A stretch of 64,000 nucleotides of DNA from Gammaproteobacteria bacterium. GTDB lineage: Bacteria; Pseudomonadota; Gammaproteobacteria; Eutrophobiales; Eutrophobiaceae. Positions 41,829 to 50,451 of the stretch are shown here, piece after piece. The DNA is taken from NCBI GenBank assembly GCA_028281365.1, contig JANQJZ010000048.1, positions 5,238 through 69,237 on the forward strand, read 5' to 3'. Position numbers and translations under genes: made by a program. The number at the start of each line of letters is the position of its first letter. Position 1 is the stretch's first letter. Under the pieces are notes generated by a model. It was given only the letters and a program-made list of their open reading frames with translations. It was not told the origin of the DNA and did not search any database.

Positions 41829-42686
41829 ATGCTCAATAAAATCTTCAACAAACCATTGGAACTAAAAATTGGTGACCAGACACTCCAGTTTAATTCTGTT
41901 GCCGAGATTGTATTTTGTCTGGAAGGCAGGACATCTGTTTCTTCTACCAAGCTGGCTGAATTACTCAAAATGCCGATTGATCAGTTAGAAGAGCAACAAA
42001 AAAAGATTGAGGAGATTAATAAATCTCTTCTAACGATGCTTAATGAGATTATTGATAAGCCGGATAATATTGATCGTTCCATGCGTGAACTGGATACCCA
42101 GATTTTTTCACAAGATCACGGTTGGCGGGAAATCATACAGGCATTAAATAAAGTAGAAGGAGGTATCAACGATATTCGTACAGCTGTTTTAACAAAATAT
42201 ATGAAGTATTTGTCGACAGCTGAAGACACCGTTAAACATATCTGCGAAGAAAAGAAACGCTATGCCAGGGATCTTGTTAAAGATGTCCCGGAAGACCTGG
42301 ATGCAACCTGGGCCATCAGCCAACTGCGTAAAGATGCCAAAAAAGAAATTCCCACGGATGATAACTTTAAACAACTCCCTAAAAACCAGAAAGTATCCGT
42401 TAACCTGTCTCCCGGTGAAAAGATTGATATACGTTTGGCATCTTACCCCTGCCAACTTGCCGCGATGAATGACAGTATTAATTTTATCGATAACAATGGC
42501 ACAACAAGCTTAATGAAGGGACAAAATACTATCGGCAGGAGTGTGAAATGTTCTGTACAGATTGATCCGAATCAAAGACATGTATCAAGAAGACATCTGC
42601 ATGTTTTAGTCACCGATGGACATATACTTCAATTAACGGATACTTCTTCGGAAGGGACGTTTATTAACTCTGATTTTATTACATAG
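41829..42686 (+). CDS. FHA-domain protein with an uncharacterised helical N-terminus
   Basis: C-terminal TIGRS...VSRRHL...LTDTSSEGTFIN is an FHA signature. Confidence 0.8.
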   Translation: MLNKIFNKPLELKIGDQTLQFNSVAEIVFCLEGRTSVSSTKLAELLKMPIDQLEEQQKKIEEINKSLLTMLNEIIDKPDNIDRSMRELDTQIFSQDHGWREIIQALNKVEGGINDIRTAVLTKYMKYLSTAEDTVKHICEEKKRYARDLVKDVPEDLDATWAISQLRKDAKKEIPTDDNFKQLPKNQKVSVNLSPGEKIDIRLASYPCQLAAMNDSINFIDNNGTTSLMKGQNTIGRSVKCSVQIDPNQRHVSRRHLHVLVTDGHILQLTDTSSEGTFINSDFIT

Positions 42687-42795
42687 TGCAAAAATTAACT
42701 CACTCCACATATTATAGACTCAATTTCGCAAAATCCCTGATATACCAGCGAATTAGCTGCCCCACCCCTTTGAAATACCGTATGTCATTGAATAA

Positions 42796-42822
42796 TAAAG
42801 TATTTGATTGTCAAGCCGATAT
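42796..42822 (+). promoter_or_regulatory. sigma28 (FliA)-type promoter
   Basis: TAAA-N15-GCCGATAT versus consensus TAAA-N15-GCCGATAA. Confidence 0.6.
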
Positions 42823-43103
42823 GCCGGTTAAGGCCGATTTCGGATAGTTACCGTGTTTGTAACAGGTTCGAAATTGAACCCTTTTTACATTGAATACGAA
42901 GACTTAGCTACTAAACTTTAATAATAGAAAGTGCAAGAGTCGATATGCAGATGACTCAATAAGAGCACTTAACAGAAGTAAGGCGATTTTGAGGTGTTTG
43001 TTAATAAAGTGGATTGATTCGAGAAAGAACCCGGTTCAATCCGTAGTTGGAACTTAAAAATTTATATTGATGATTGTTAACCTGGTTATATGGAGAGTCT
43101 ATA

Positions 43104-44123
43104 ATGAATAACAAACTTGCAGCTAAACGTGAATATGAAAGCAACGAACCCTCAAACTGGATAGAAAGGGTTGCCGAAGCTTTTCTTAATAACAAGATCA
43201 AAAGTAATCTTAAATCAGCTACCAAGGTACATCCTTGTATTATTAATAATCAGCGTGTGTTGGTGTATGAACATGGCCTGCAGGAAAAAAATCCTGAAGC
43301 CTATCAACAGCTAAAGACATATGCTGATAAAAATAGTTTTGGCATTAAAGAAGATCAACGTGTTACCGGTGACAAACCGGTCAAGTTTGAACGACGATTG
43401 GCAGAAAGTTTACCGATGTTATTTCTTGCAAGTGGTATCTTTATGTCCGGCAATACCAACGCTGGCGATATCCCCATGCCGGGTTCTGATTCCGATATTA
43501 AGGTAATGTCTGATGTCGAAGTAACCGCTGAATATGACAGAAATGATCGTGCTTATACCCAGCAGAATGGTAAACGTTTTATTACTAATCCTTATGGTGA
43601 AACCGAATCTATCCTTGCAGTCGCGGCACAAACCAAGGCCCAGGGTGAACTAAAACGTGTTAGTACGCGTGGCATTAAGATGCCTTCGGGTTACGTTGGT
43701 GGATTTATTAATAAATACGAACATACCTTTGCTAATGGCCAGACCTTTAGTTATTACGAAGGTGAAGGCTTTGGTGCCCTTGGTTATCATGCAGATGAAG
43801 GAAAAGTTATTCTTGATGTACTTGCCGGTGGTGGTGCGTTCTCTTCGCCAAAACTTTGGGGACCGTATGATCAATTACTTGGTGACAAGGACAATTCTTC
43901 CATGCATCTGATGATGGGTGACGGTAGCAAGGATGGTATGGGGTTATTAAAAGCATCTTATGCGATCGGTTACACCGCTGTCATGGCTGAAGAAGATTAT
44001 GCAACCTTAGGTAATGCCTATAGTGGTGCTGTCCAGGACACGATGCAGCAACTTGTTGCCAGTGGTGCTACAGGTGATATAAATGTAGCTTCTACCGAAG
44101 ATATTAGCGGAGACAAGATTTAA
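43104..44123 (+). CDS. hypothetical protein: shared N-terminal domain, internal signal-like segment, Gly-rich C-terminal part
   Basis: GGAGAG RBS before ATG 43104; N-domain homologous to that of the next ORF; RR..LPMLFLASGIFMSGNTNA segment. Confidence 0.8.
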   Translation: MNNKLAAKREYESNEPSNWIERVAEAFLNNKIKSNLKSATKVHPCIINNQRVLVYEHGLQEKNPEAYQQLKTYADKNSFGIKEDQRVTGDKPVKFERRLAESLPMLFLASGIFMSGNTNAGDIPMPGSDSDIKVMSDVEVTAEYDRNDRAYTQQNGKRFITNPYGETESILAVAAQTKAQGELKRVSTRGIKMPSGYVGGFINKYEHTFANGQTFSYYEGEGFGALGYHADEGKVILDVLAGGGAFSSPKLWGPYDQLLGDKDNSSMHLMMGDGSKDGMGLLKASYAIGYTAVMAEEDYATLGNAYSGAVQDTMQQLVASGATGDINVASTEDISGDKI

Positions 44124-44171
44124 TTTTTTAGTCATTAAATTTGTTTTCGTCGAATATGATATCGTACAGCT

Positions 44172-45059
44172 ATGGTCAAAGATACCGACGCCCTTGATAA
44201 TCTGAAGCGTATCGAGGCACAAAAACAACCTGGAAACTGGGTGGATCGCATTGTTAACTCAATGCGATCCAAAAAGAAACGGGCCATGGTTCACCCTTGC
44301 GTTATCGATGGCCATCGAACTCTCGTCTATGAACGTGGATTAGCAGAGACTGATCCCCACTCGTTCCAACTGCTGGTTGAATATGCTGACGCATATGGTT
44401 ATCTGCTGAAAGAAGACCAACGTGCTGACTTCCTCGAAGGTGTTAAACGAGTTAGAAATAAAAGTTGTGCGAATGTTATCTCTATCATGGTTCTAACGGC
44501 TGGTCTTATGTCACAAACGGCTTATGCCATCGATGATGATGATCATGACCATGCAGCACATATTGATCCGGATATTACACAGAACAGAATCGAAACGGGT
44601 TATGATTTTAATCTCGATAGTTTTAAGACCCAGGATGAACTGGCAGCAGGATTATTGACCTGGATTAATCAACATTCTTCTTTTGATTACAACATCGACA
44701 AGGTTCCGAAGATTAAAAAGGTATCGGCGCACCAGATTGCTAAAGTGGCATTCGGTGGTGAATTACCTAAAGCAATTAATCCCGAAAGCCTGCAGATTTT
44801 TGGTTTGTATAACTTCAATGAGGAAACTGTTTACCTGCTTGATTCAATTGATCTGGAAACAAACGAAGGCAAAGCGATCCTGCTACATGAGTTAGTCCAT
44901 TTTCTGCAATACCAGACCGGTATTGATAAAGATGCGAAATGCAAGAATGAACTGGAATCGTTGGCTTACGTTCTGGAAGCGAAGTTTCTGGACGCCCATC
45001 ACCATGATCATAACATCAGTATGAGCCATATCTGGAAAGTCAGCCAATGTAAAGTTTAA
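44172..45059 (+). CDS. HExxH metallopeptidase-like protein (DUF6647-like) with the same N-terminal domain and an internal signal-like segment
   Basis: GLY...ETVYL, ILLHELVHFLQ, C...LESLAY; KRVRNK..VISIMVLTAGLMSQTAYA segment. Confidence 0.8.
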   Translation: MVKDTDALDNLKRIEAQKQPGNWVDRIVNSMRSKKKRAMVHPCVIDGHRTLVYERGLAETDPHSFQLLVEYADAYGYLLKEDQRADFLEGVKRVRNKSCANVISIMVLTAGLMSQTAYAIDDDDHDHAAHIDPDITQNRIETGYDFNLDSFKTQDELAAGLLTWINQHSSFDYNIDKVPKIKKVSAHQIAKVAFGGELPKAINPESLQIFGLYNFNEETVYLLDSIDLETNEGKAILLHELVHFLQYQTGIDKDAKCKNELESLAYVLEAKFLDAHHHDHNISMSHIWKVSQCKV

Positions 45060-45163
45060 AAAAGCCGACCTATTTCCTGATTTAAGCCGAGGGCAATTAA
45101 GCAATTCTACGATCAGGACGCTGTTGTAAAAGATATATTAAAAATCTGATGAATGTCTGTGTA

Positions 45164-45667
45164 TCAAGTTGATTGAGAGAGTGAAATTTCTGCAAGGAGT
45201 CCTGTAGTCTGACGTAAACGTAAACTGATTATTTGTGCAATACGCCAGAGTAGTTTCACGGCAAGATTACTATTTTCCTTAACCAATTTGTCAAAATCAT
45301 TACGTGTAATCATTAGAACTTTTGAATCTTTAGATGCAATAGCAGATGCAGAAAGAGGTCTGCCATCAATAATTGCCATTTCGCCAATGGTGCCACCGGC
45401 TATTACATCGGCAATTTTCAAGAACTCACTGGGAGAAGTTTCTTTAAATATTGCCACTTCACCTTCTGCAATAAAACACAAGGAAGCATCTGTACTACCT
45501 TCAGTAAAAATATTTGAACCCGCTTCAGCAGAGTATACCTTGACCCAATTAGCCAGGTTCTCTGCATCAGTATCTTCCAGGTCAGAAAAAAATTGTGTTT
45601 TTTTAATATAACCTTTTACTGTGTCAAATGACGCCGTCCCTTCACTGACTAGTTTCATCTCGGCCAT
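45164..45667 (-). CDS. stand-alone cyclic nucleotide-binding domain protein
   Basis: IFTEG...FIAEGEV...IGEMAIIDGRPLSASAIA; no HTH; ATG 45667 after AAAGGTGA (alternative GTG 45676). Confidence 0.88.
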   Translation of the reverse strand: MAEMKLVSEGTASFDTVKGYIKKTQFFSDLEDTDAENLANWVKVYSAEAGSNIFTEGSTDASLCFIAEGEVAIFKETSPSEFLKIADVIAGGTIGEMAIIDGRPLSASAIASKDSKVLMITRNDFDKLVKENSNLAVKLLWRIAQIISLRLRQTTGLLAEISLSQST

Positions 45668-45794
45668 GTTTATCACCTTTAATTGTTTTTATAATAATAT
45701 AGTGACCATCCATGTCGTGTTTTAACTACATTTTTATAATTGTTTATTTTTAATGATAGTGATACATGCCAATGATGACAACATCATTACTATT

Positions 45795-46238
45795 CTAATT
45801 TAAAGGCATACAACGTTTAGGCAACAAGTCCTTACCAAGATCACTGCGGCAAACCCAATCCAGCTTATTGTCTACGACAACAGGCTTTAACATTACTTTC
45901 CTGTCATTTATATCCTGCTTAACATTGATATGTGGCTTATTCATGAAGATAACTGTTATAACTCCTGGTTCATCCTTACTGACCTCCACCTGTTTAACTA
46001 AAGACTTGCTAAAATCCAGGGGTTCCAGTTTTAATTCCCGTTCTACAGCAACAGAATCGGGTAGTGTTCCTTTCTCATTCCAGTATTTTATTACTGCTAT
46101 TTTATATTTTAATACGAGTGATAATCCTTGAAGCACTTTTGCCTGATCAGTTAAATCAATCTTTTTCTCCGAAGTAAAAATAAAATTCCAGGAAAGAAGA
46201 ATAACAGCCAATATTAATACAATTAGTGTTTTGTACAT
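45795..46238 (-). CDS. pilin-domain protein lacking a class III (prepilin) signal
   Basis: AKVLQGLSL...KIAV..YWNEKGTLP and C-terminal WVC...LPKRC resemble type IVa pilin; no G|FTLIE motif. Confidence 0.7.
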   Translation of the reverse strand: MYKTLIVLILAVILLSWNFIFTSEKKIDLTDQAKVLQGLSLVLKYKIAVIKYWNEKGTLPDSVAVERELKLEPLDFSKSLVKQVEVSKDEPGVITVIFMNKPHINVKQDINDRKVMLKPVVVDNKLDWVCRSDLGKDLLPKRCMPLN

Positions 46239-46247
46239 TTTTAAAAA

Positions 46248-46970
46248 TTACTCATTAATTGTTTGTTTAGCCATATCAACTAATGCCTTTCTGACTTCAC
46301 CGGTATTTGTTACAGGTTTCTCAAAATTTATACGATATATTCTTTCACCAATACGTAAATTAAATCCCTCACTATCGACACCAATCATTTCAGGAGTTAG
46401 TGTTTCAGCATAATTTATAGTATTCAATTCGCAATAATGTTTGATCGCCTCCGTATGATCAGCGTTCATATGATCCAGCATTTGTTTTTCAGTTTCAAAA
46501 TAAAATGGATTTATTTTGATGAAATCCTGCTTTTCAATCCAGTGAATCTGTCCGAAACCACCAATGAAACGGATACGTACCGGTTTAATAATATAAAAAT
46601 TAAAATCATGCGTTTTATGATAATCGCGTGATTGAGGAAAAAAATTATAGTAGCGATTAACAGGATCTATATTATTCACATCCAGTTTCTCAGCATCACC
46701 AATGTAGGTTACTCTACCAACTGTTTGCCAATCACCAGCGTGTTCTTCTGTAGCAATTAACGAAACCCTGGGGTCCGCCAGGATATTTTTCGAATGCTGT
46801 GCAATGCTGCTGATTAAAATAACCGGCATGCCGCTTTTATCAAGACAATACGGAACTATGGAACCAAATGGATAACCCGGTACATCAACAGAATGTGTAC
46901 TTAAAACACCCTGATAATTGGCGAGTAATAAATCTCTGGCTTGTTTTGCAGCATTTTGTCTTTTTGCCAT
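46248..46970 (-). CDS. HugZ-like pyridoxamine 5'-phosphate oxidase family protein with DUF2470-like domain
   Basis: GVLSTHS...GYPFGS, AQHSKNI..DPRVSL, RFIGGFG.IHW, HMNADH. Confidence 0.88.
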   Translation of the reverse strand: MAKRQNAAKQARDLLLANYQGVLSTHSVDVPGYPFGSIVPYCLDKSGMPVILISSIAQHSKNILADPRVSLIATEEHAGDWQTVGRVTYIGDAEKLDVNNIDPVNRYYNFFPQSRDYHKTHDFNFYIIKPVRIRFIGGFGQIHWIEKQDFIKINPFYFETEKQMLDHMNADHTEAIKHYCELNTINYAETLTPEMIGVDSEGFNLRIGERIYRINFEKPVTNTGEVRKALVDMAKQTINE

Positions 46971-47057
46971 AGCAGGATGTTATCAGAATTAACTGATATT
47001 GATATGTTCATCAGAACAACATAATAATATTACCGTGTTAATGTAGAATAGCGTTTT

Positions 47058-48473
47058 ATGGGACAGGAAATAACATCCAGCCAATTCTCTGCGAATGACT
47101 TCAATACTTTTTCCAATATTCTGGAAGAAGAAACACGAAGTTTGGCCAGTCTATTTAAAAGTGATGCCTTCTTTAATACAGAATATATTGGCGGTTTTGA
47201 AATCGAAACAATACTGGTTAGTCATTCGGGATTACCCGTTCCTGCTAATCAGACTTTTCTTGCTAATATGAATAGTCCGCTGGTTGTACATGAACTTGCC
47301 GCTTTCAATATTGAACTAAACAGTACACCAGTATCATTGCAGGAATTTGCACTGAGTACTATGGAAGTTCAATTAAAATCTACCTGGGATAAATGCCGCA
47401 GCATCGCGCAGGAATTATCTTTGGAGATAATGATGGTTGGAATTTTACCCAGTATCAAGGAACAGCACCTGACTTTAGCAAACATGTCCAAGCTCAACCG
47501 TTACCAGGCCCTGAATCAGCAGGTTATAAAAATGCGTGATGGCAAACCAATTCAATTACATATCGATGGAAAGGAATCAATCCGGGCAAAACATCATAAT
47601 GTAATGATTGAATCAGCCTGTACGTCACTGCAACTTCATCTACAGGCGCCAATCGAGAAAGCTGTTGATATTTATAATGCTTCAATAATGGTTTCAGCAC
47701 CAATAGTCGCTGCGACAGCTAATTCACCCTATTTTTTTGGACATGACCTTTGGGATGAAACACGTATACCTTTATTTGAACAGTCCGTTGAACTCGGTGA
47801 CAAGGATTATCGGCGGGTTACCTTTGGTAGTGCTTATTGTAATGAGTCGCTGTTTGAATGTTTTAAAGAAAACCTGGATCATTATCCGGTGCTTGTACCA
47901 TTAACAAACACAGAGGAAAAAAAATACCTCGATTGTCTCCGCTTTCATAATGGAACAATCTGGCGCTGGAACCGGCCATTGATCGGTATTGATGAAGACA
48001 ATAATCCACATATCAGGATTGAACACCGGGTCATTCCATCCGGACCAACAGTGATTGATAGTATTGCAAACGCTGCGTTATATTTTGGACTGGTTAACAA
48101 AATCTCCGGGCAAATTACTCCTTACATGGAAGATCTAAGTTTCGAAAATGCGAGATCTAATTTTTACAATTGCGCTAAACATGGCTTGTCTGCAGAAATT
48201 AATTGGCCAAATAAGGATATTACCCCGGTCAGGGACCTACTACTTGAAGAATTGATACCTTTGGCAAGGTCCGGATTACAACATCTTAATATCGCAGCAG
48301 AAGATATCGATCTATATCTATCCATTATTGAACATCGCGTAGATACAGGCCAAAACGGAACTAAATGGCAACGAGAATGGATCAATAAAAACGGTAAAGA
48401 CATGAATTATTTAACCCGCTGTTACCTGGAGCAACAAAACTCGGGTTGCCCCGTACATGAATGGACATTATAA
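47058..48473 (+). CDS. glutamate--cysteine ligase family 2 (carboxylate-amine ligase)
   Basis: MGQEI, GFEIE, ELAAFNIELN, TSLQLHLQ, ANSP, ETRIPLFEQSV, HNGTIWRWNRP, RIEHR..PSGPT. Confidence 0.85.
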   Translation: MGQEITSSQFSANDFNTFSNILEEETRSLASLFKSDAFFNTEYIGGFEIETILVSHSGLPVPANQTFLANMNSPLVVHELAAFNIELNSTPVSLQEFALSTMEVQLKSTWDKCRSIAQELSLEIMMVGILPSIKEQHLTLANMSKLNRYQALNQQVIKMRDGKPIQLHIDGKESIRAKHHNVMIESACTSLQLHLQAPIEKAVDIYNASIMVSAPIVAATANSPYFFGHDLWDETRIPLFEQSVELGDKDYRRVTFGSAYCNESLFECFKENLDHYPVLVPLTNTEEKKYLDCLRFHNGTIWRWNRPLIGIDEDNNPHIRIEHRVIPSGPTVIDSIANAALYFGLVNKISGQITPYMEDLSFENARSNFYNCAKHGLSAEINWPNKDITPVRDLLLEELIPLARSGLQHLNIAAEDIDLYLSIIEHRVDTGQNGTKWQREWINKNGKDMNYLTRCYLEQQNSGCPVHEWTL

Positions 48474-49514
48474 GTGTTAAACATTGTTGAAAAATTTGAT
48501 GATGAAATTCTGGGTTTACCGGCACATCGTTTACATGAAAAATTATCCGGACCAACCTTACTCCATCTGAAAGGAAAAAAAGAACCCTGTCTTTTCCTGT
48601 CAGCATTGTTACATGGTAATGAAAATAGTGGTTGGGAGGTTGTTAAAAACATTCTACTCAAATATAAAACACAACAATTACCTCGCACCTTATCGATTTT
48701 TATCGGTAATGTTAAAGCGGCGCGCTATAAAAAGCGCAGACTTGAAAATCAGCTTGACTTCAATCGTACCTGGTGCCGGGGTGAGGCAGATGAAAATAAA
48801 ATGATGTCGTCTATCATCGAACATATGAGAAAACGGAAAGTTTTTGCCAGTATTGACATTCATAATAACAATGGTCTGAACCCGCACTATGGTTGCATAA
48901 ATAAACTTGATAAACCTTTTCTAAAACTTGCAAAAGAATTTTCAAGTATGGTGATTTATTTTATCCGCCCTTTCGGTGTCCAAAGTCTGGCATTCTCGGA
49001 TTTTTGCCCGGCAATCACGCTCGAAACAGGATTGCCTGGAGACGAATACGGAATTAATTTGACAACAAAGTTTGTTGATCATGTACTCAATATGACTTCA
49101 CTTGACACAAATGAAGATGTAGATAAAGAGATTGATCTTTATCATACAATCGGTGTTATAAAATTGCCTGGTTCATACGACTTTAGTTTTGATGGAAAGA
49201 AAGCGGATATCCAGTTCATAAAAGGTATTGAAGGTGTTAATTTTATTGAAATCAGCAGTGACACACTACTATGCCGCTTAAAACGCAATATTGATAGACC
49301 TCTAATTGCAATGGACGAAGAAGGGAAAGATATTTTTGATGTCTTCTTTACAATTAAGGAGGATGGTCTATACACAAAAAAAGCAATAATGCCCGCCATG
49401 TTGACCACAGATATAAATATTGTTCGCCAGGATTGTCTTGGCTATTTAATGGAGCATTACGACATTAAGCGCGGTGAAAAAACCACGGATAGTAATTCAG
49501 CATTATGGAAATAA
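48474..49514 (+). CDS. M14-type (succinylglutamate desuccinylase/aspartoacylase-like) metallopeptidase
   Basis: LLHGNE, DFNRTW, IDIHN, ITLETG; starts immediately after the ligase stop codon. Confidence 0.85.
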   Translation: MLNIVEKFDDEILGLPAHRLHEKLSGPTLLHLKGKKEPCLFLSALLHGNENSGWEVVKNILLKYKTQQLPRTLSIFIGNVKAARYKKRRLENQLDFNRTWCRGEADENKMMSSIIEHMRKRKVFASIDIHNNNGLNPHYGCINKLDKPFLKLAKEFSSMVIYFIRPFGVQSLAFSDFCPAITLETGLPGDEYGINLTTKFVDHVLNMTSLDTNEDVDKEIDLYHTIGVIKLPGSYDFSFDGKKADIQFIKGIEGVNFIEISSDTLLCRLKRNIDRPLIAMDEEGKDIFDVFFTIKEDGLYTKKAIMPAMLTTDINIVRQDCLGYLMEHYDIKRGEKTTDSNSALWK

Positions 49515-49588
49515 AATACTTTGTAATATAGACATTTATTTAAGTAGTGCCTATAACAATGTCTAGTTAAAAACTTGTTAGCGTTAAA

Positions 49589-50446
49589 ATGAAATCAATC
49601 AAGCTGGGCAATACGATAATCGAGGCTAACCGTGTCGGTCTTGGTGCTATGCCTTTGTCCCTGGAAAACCGGCCTGATGAAATGGCTGCCATGGAAGTTA
49701 TCCGGACTTTCATTGAAGGGGGCGGGAATTTTATCGATACCGCTAATGTATATTGTATCGATGATACTGATGTGGGACACAATGAAAAACTGATCGCAAA
49801 AACTCTTAATTGCTTAAATAACACTACAAATATTATTGTCGCCACTAAAGGCGGCCTAAGGAGACCAAAAGGAGCATGGACAGTTGATGCCAGTCCGTCA
49901 TGGTTAAGACAGTCCTGTGATAAAAGTCTGGTTGATCTGGATTGTGATTCTATCTTTTTGTATCAGTTACATGCCCCTGATCCTGATATACCGATCACGG
50001 AATCTATTGTCGAGTTAGCACAACTAAAAGAGGAAGGAAAAATCCTCCATATTGGTTTATCCAATGTTGATGTTGAGCAAATAAAACTGGCTTTATCAGT
50101 TACCGATATTGTTTCTGTTCAAAACAGATGTAATCTGTTTGAAAAAAAGTCATTTGAAAATGGTGTTGTTGAATTTTGTGAACTTAATGAAATAACATTC
50201 ATTGCACATAGTCCTGTTGGCGGGCATTTTCAACACCAGCAACGGAATCAAAATCTATTATTAAATAAAACTGCTGAAAAATATCAGGCATCAACTTATC
50301 AGATAATGCTTGCATGGTTATTAAATAAAAGTCCAAACATTCTTGTAATCCCCGGGGCATCGAAAATTACAAGTATCACGGATAGCCTTAAAGCAGAAAA
50401 CCTGGAAATCAATGAAACAGACATGCAGTTACTCGGAAGAATTTAA
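49589..50446 (+). CDS. aldo/keto reductase
   Basis: GLGAM, IDTANVY, VATKGG, LYQLH, IGLSN, IPG. Confidence 0.93.
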   Translation: MKSIKLGNTIIEANRVGLGAMPLSLENRPDEMAAMEVIRTFIEGGGNFIDTANVYCIDDTDVGHNEKLIAKTLNCLNNTTNIIVATKGGLRRPKGAWTVDASPSWLRQSCDKSLVDLDCDSIFLYQLHAPDPDIPITESIVELAQLKEEGKILHIGLSNVDVEQIKLALSVTDIVSVQNRCNLFEKKSFENGVVEFCELNEITFIAHSPVGGHFQHQQRNQNLLLNKTAEKYQASTYQIMLAWLLNKSPNILVIPGASKITSITDSLKAENLEINETDMQLLGRI

Positions 50447-50451
50447 ATAGC

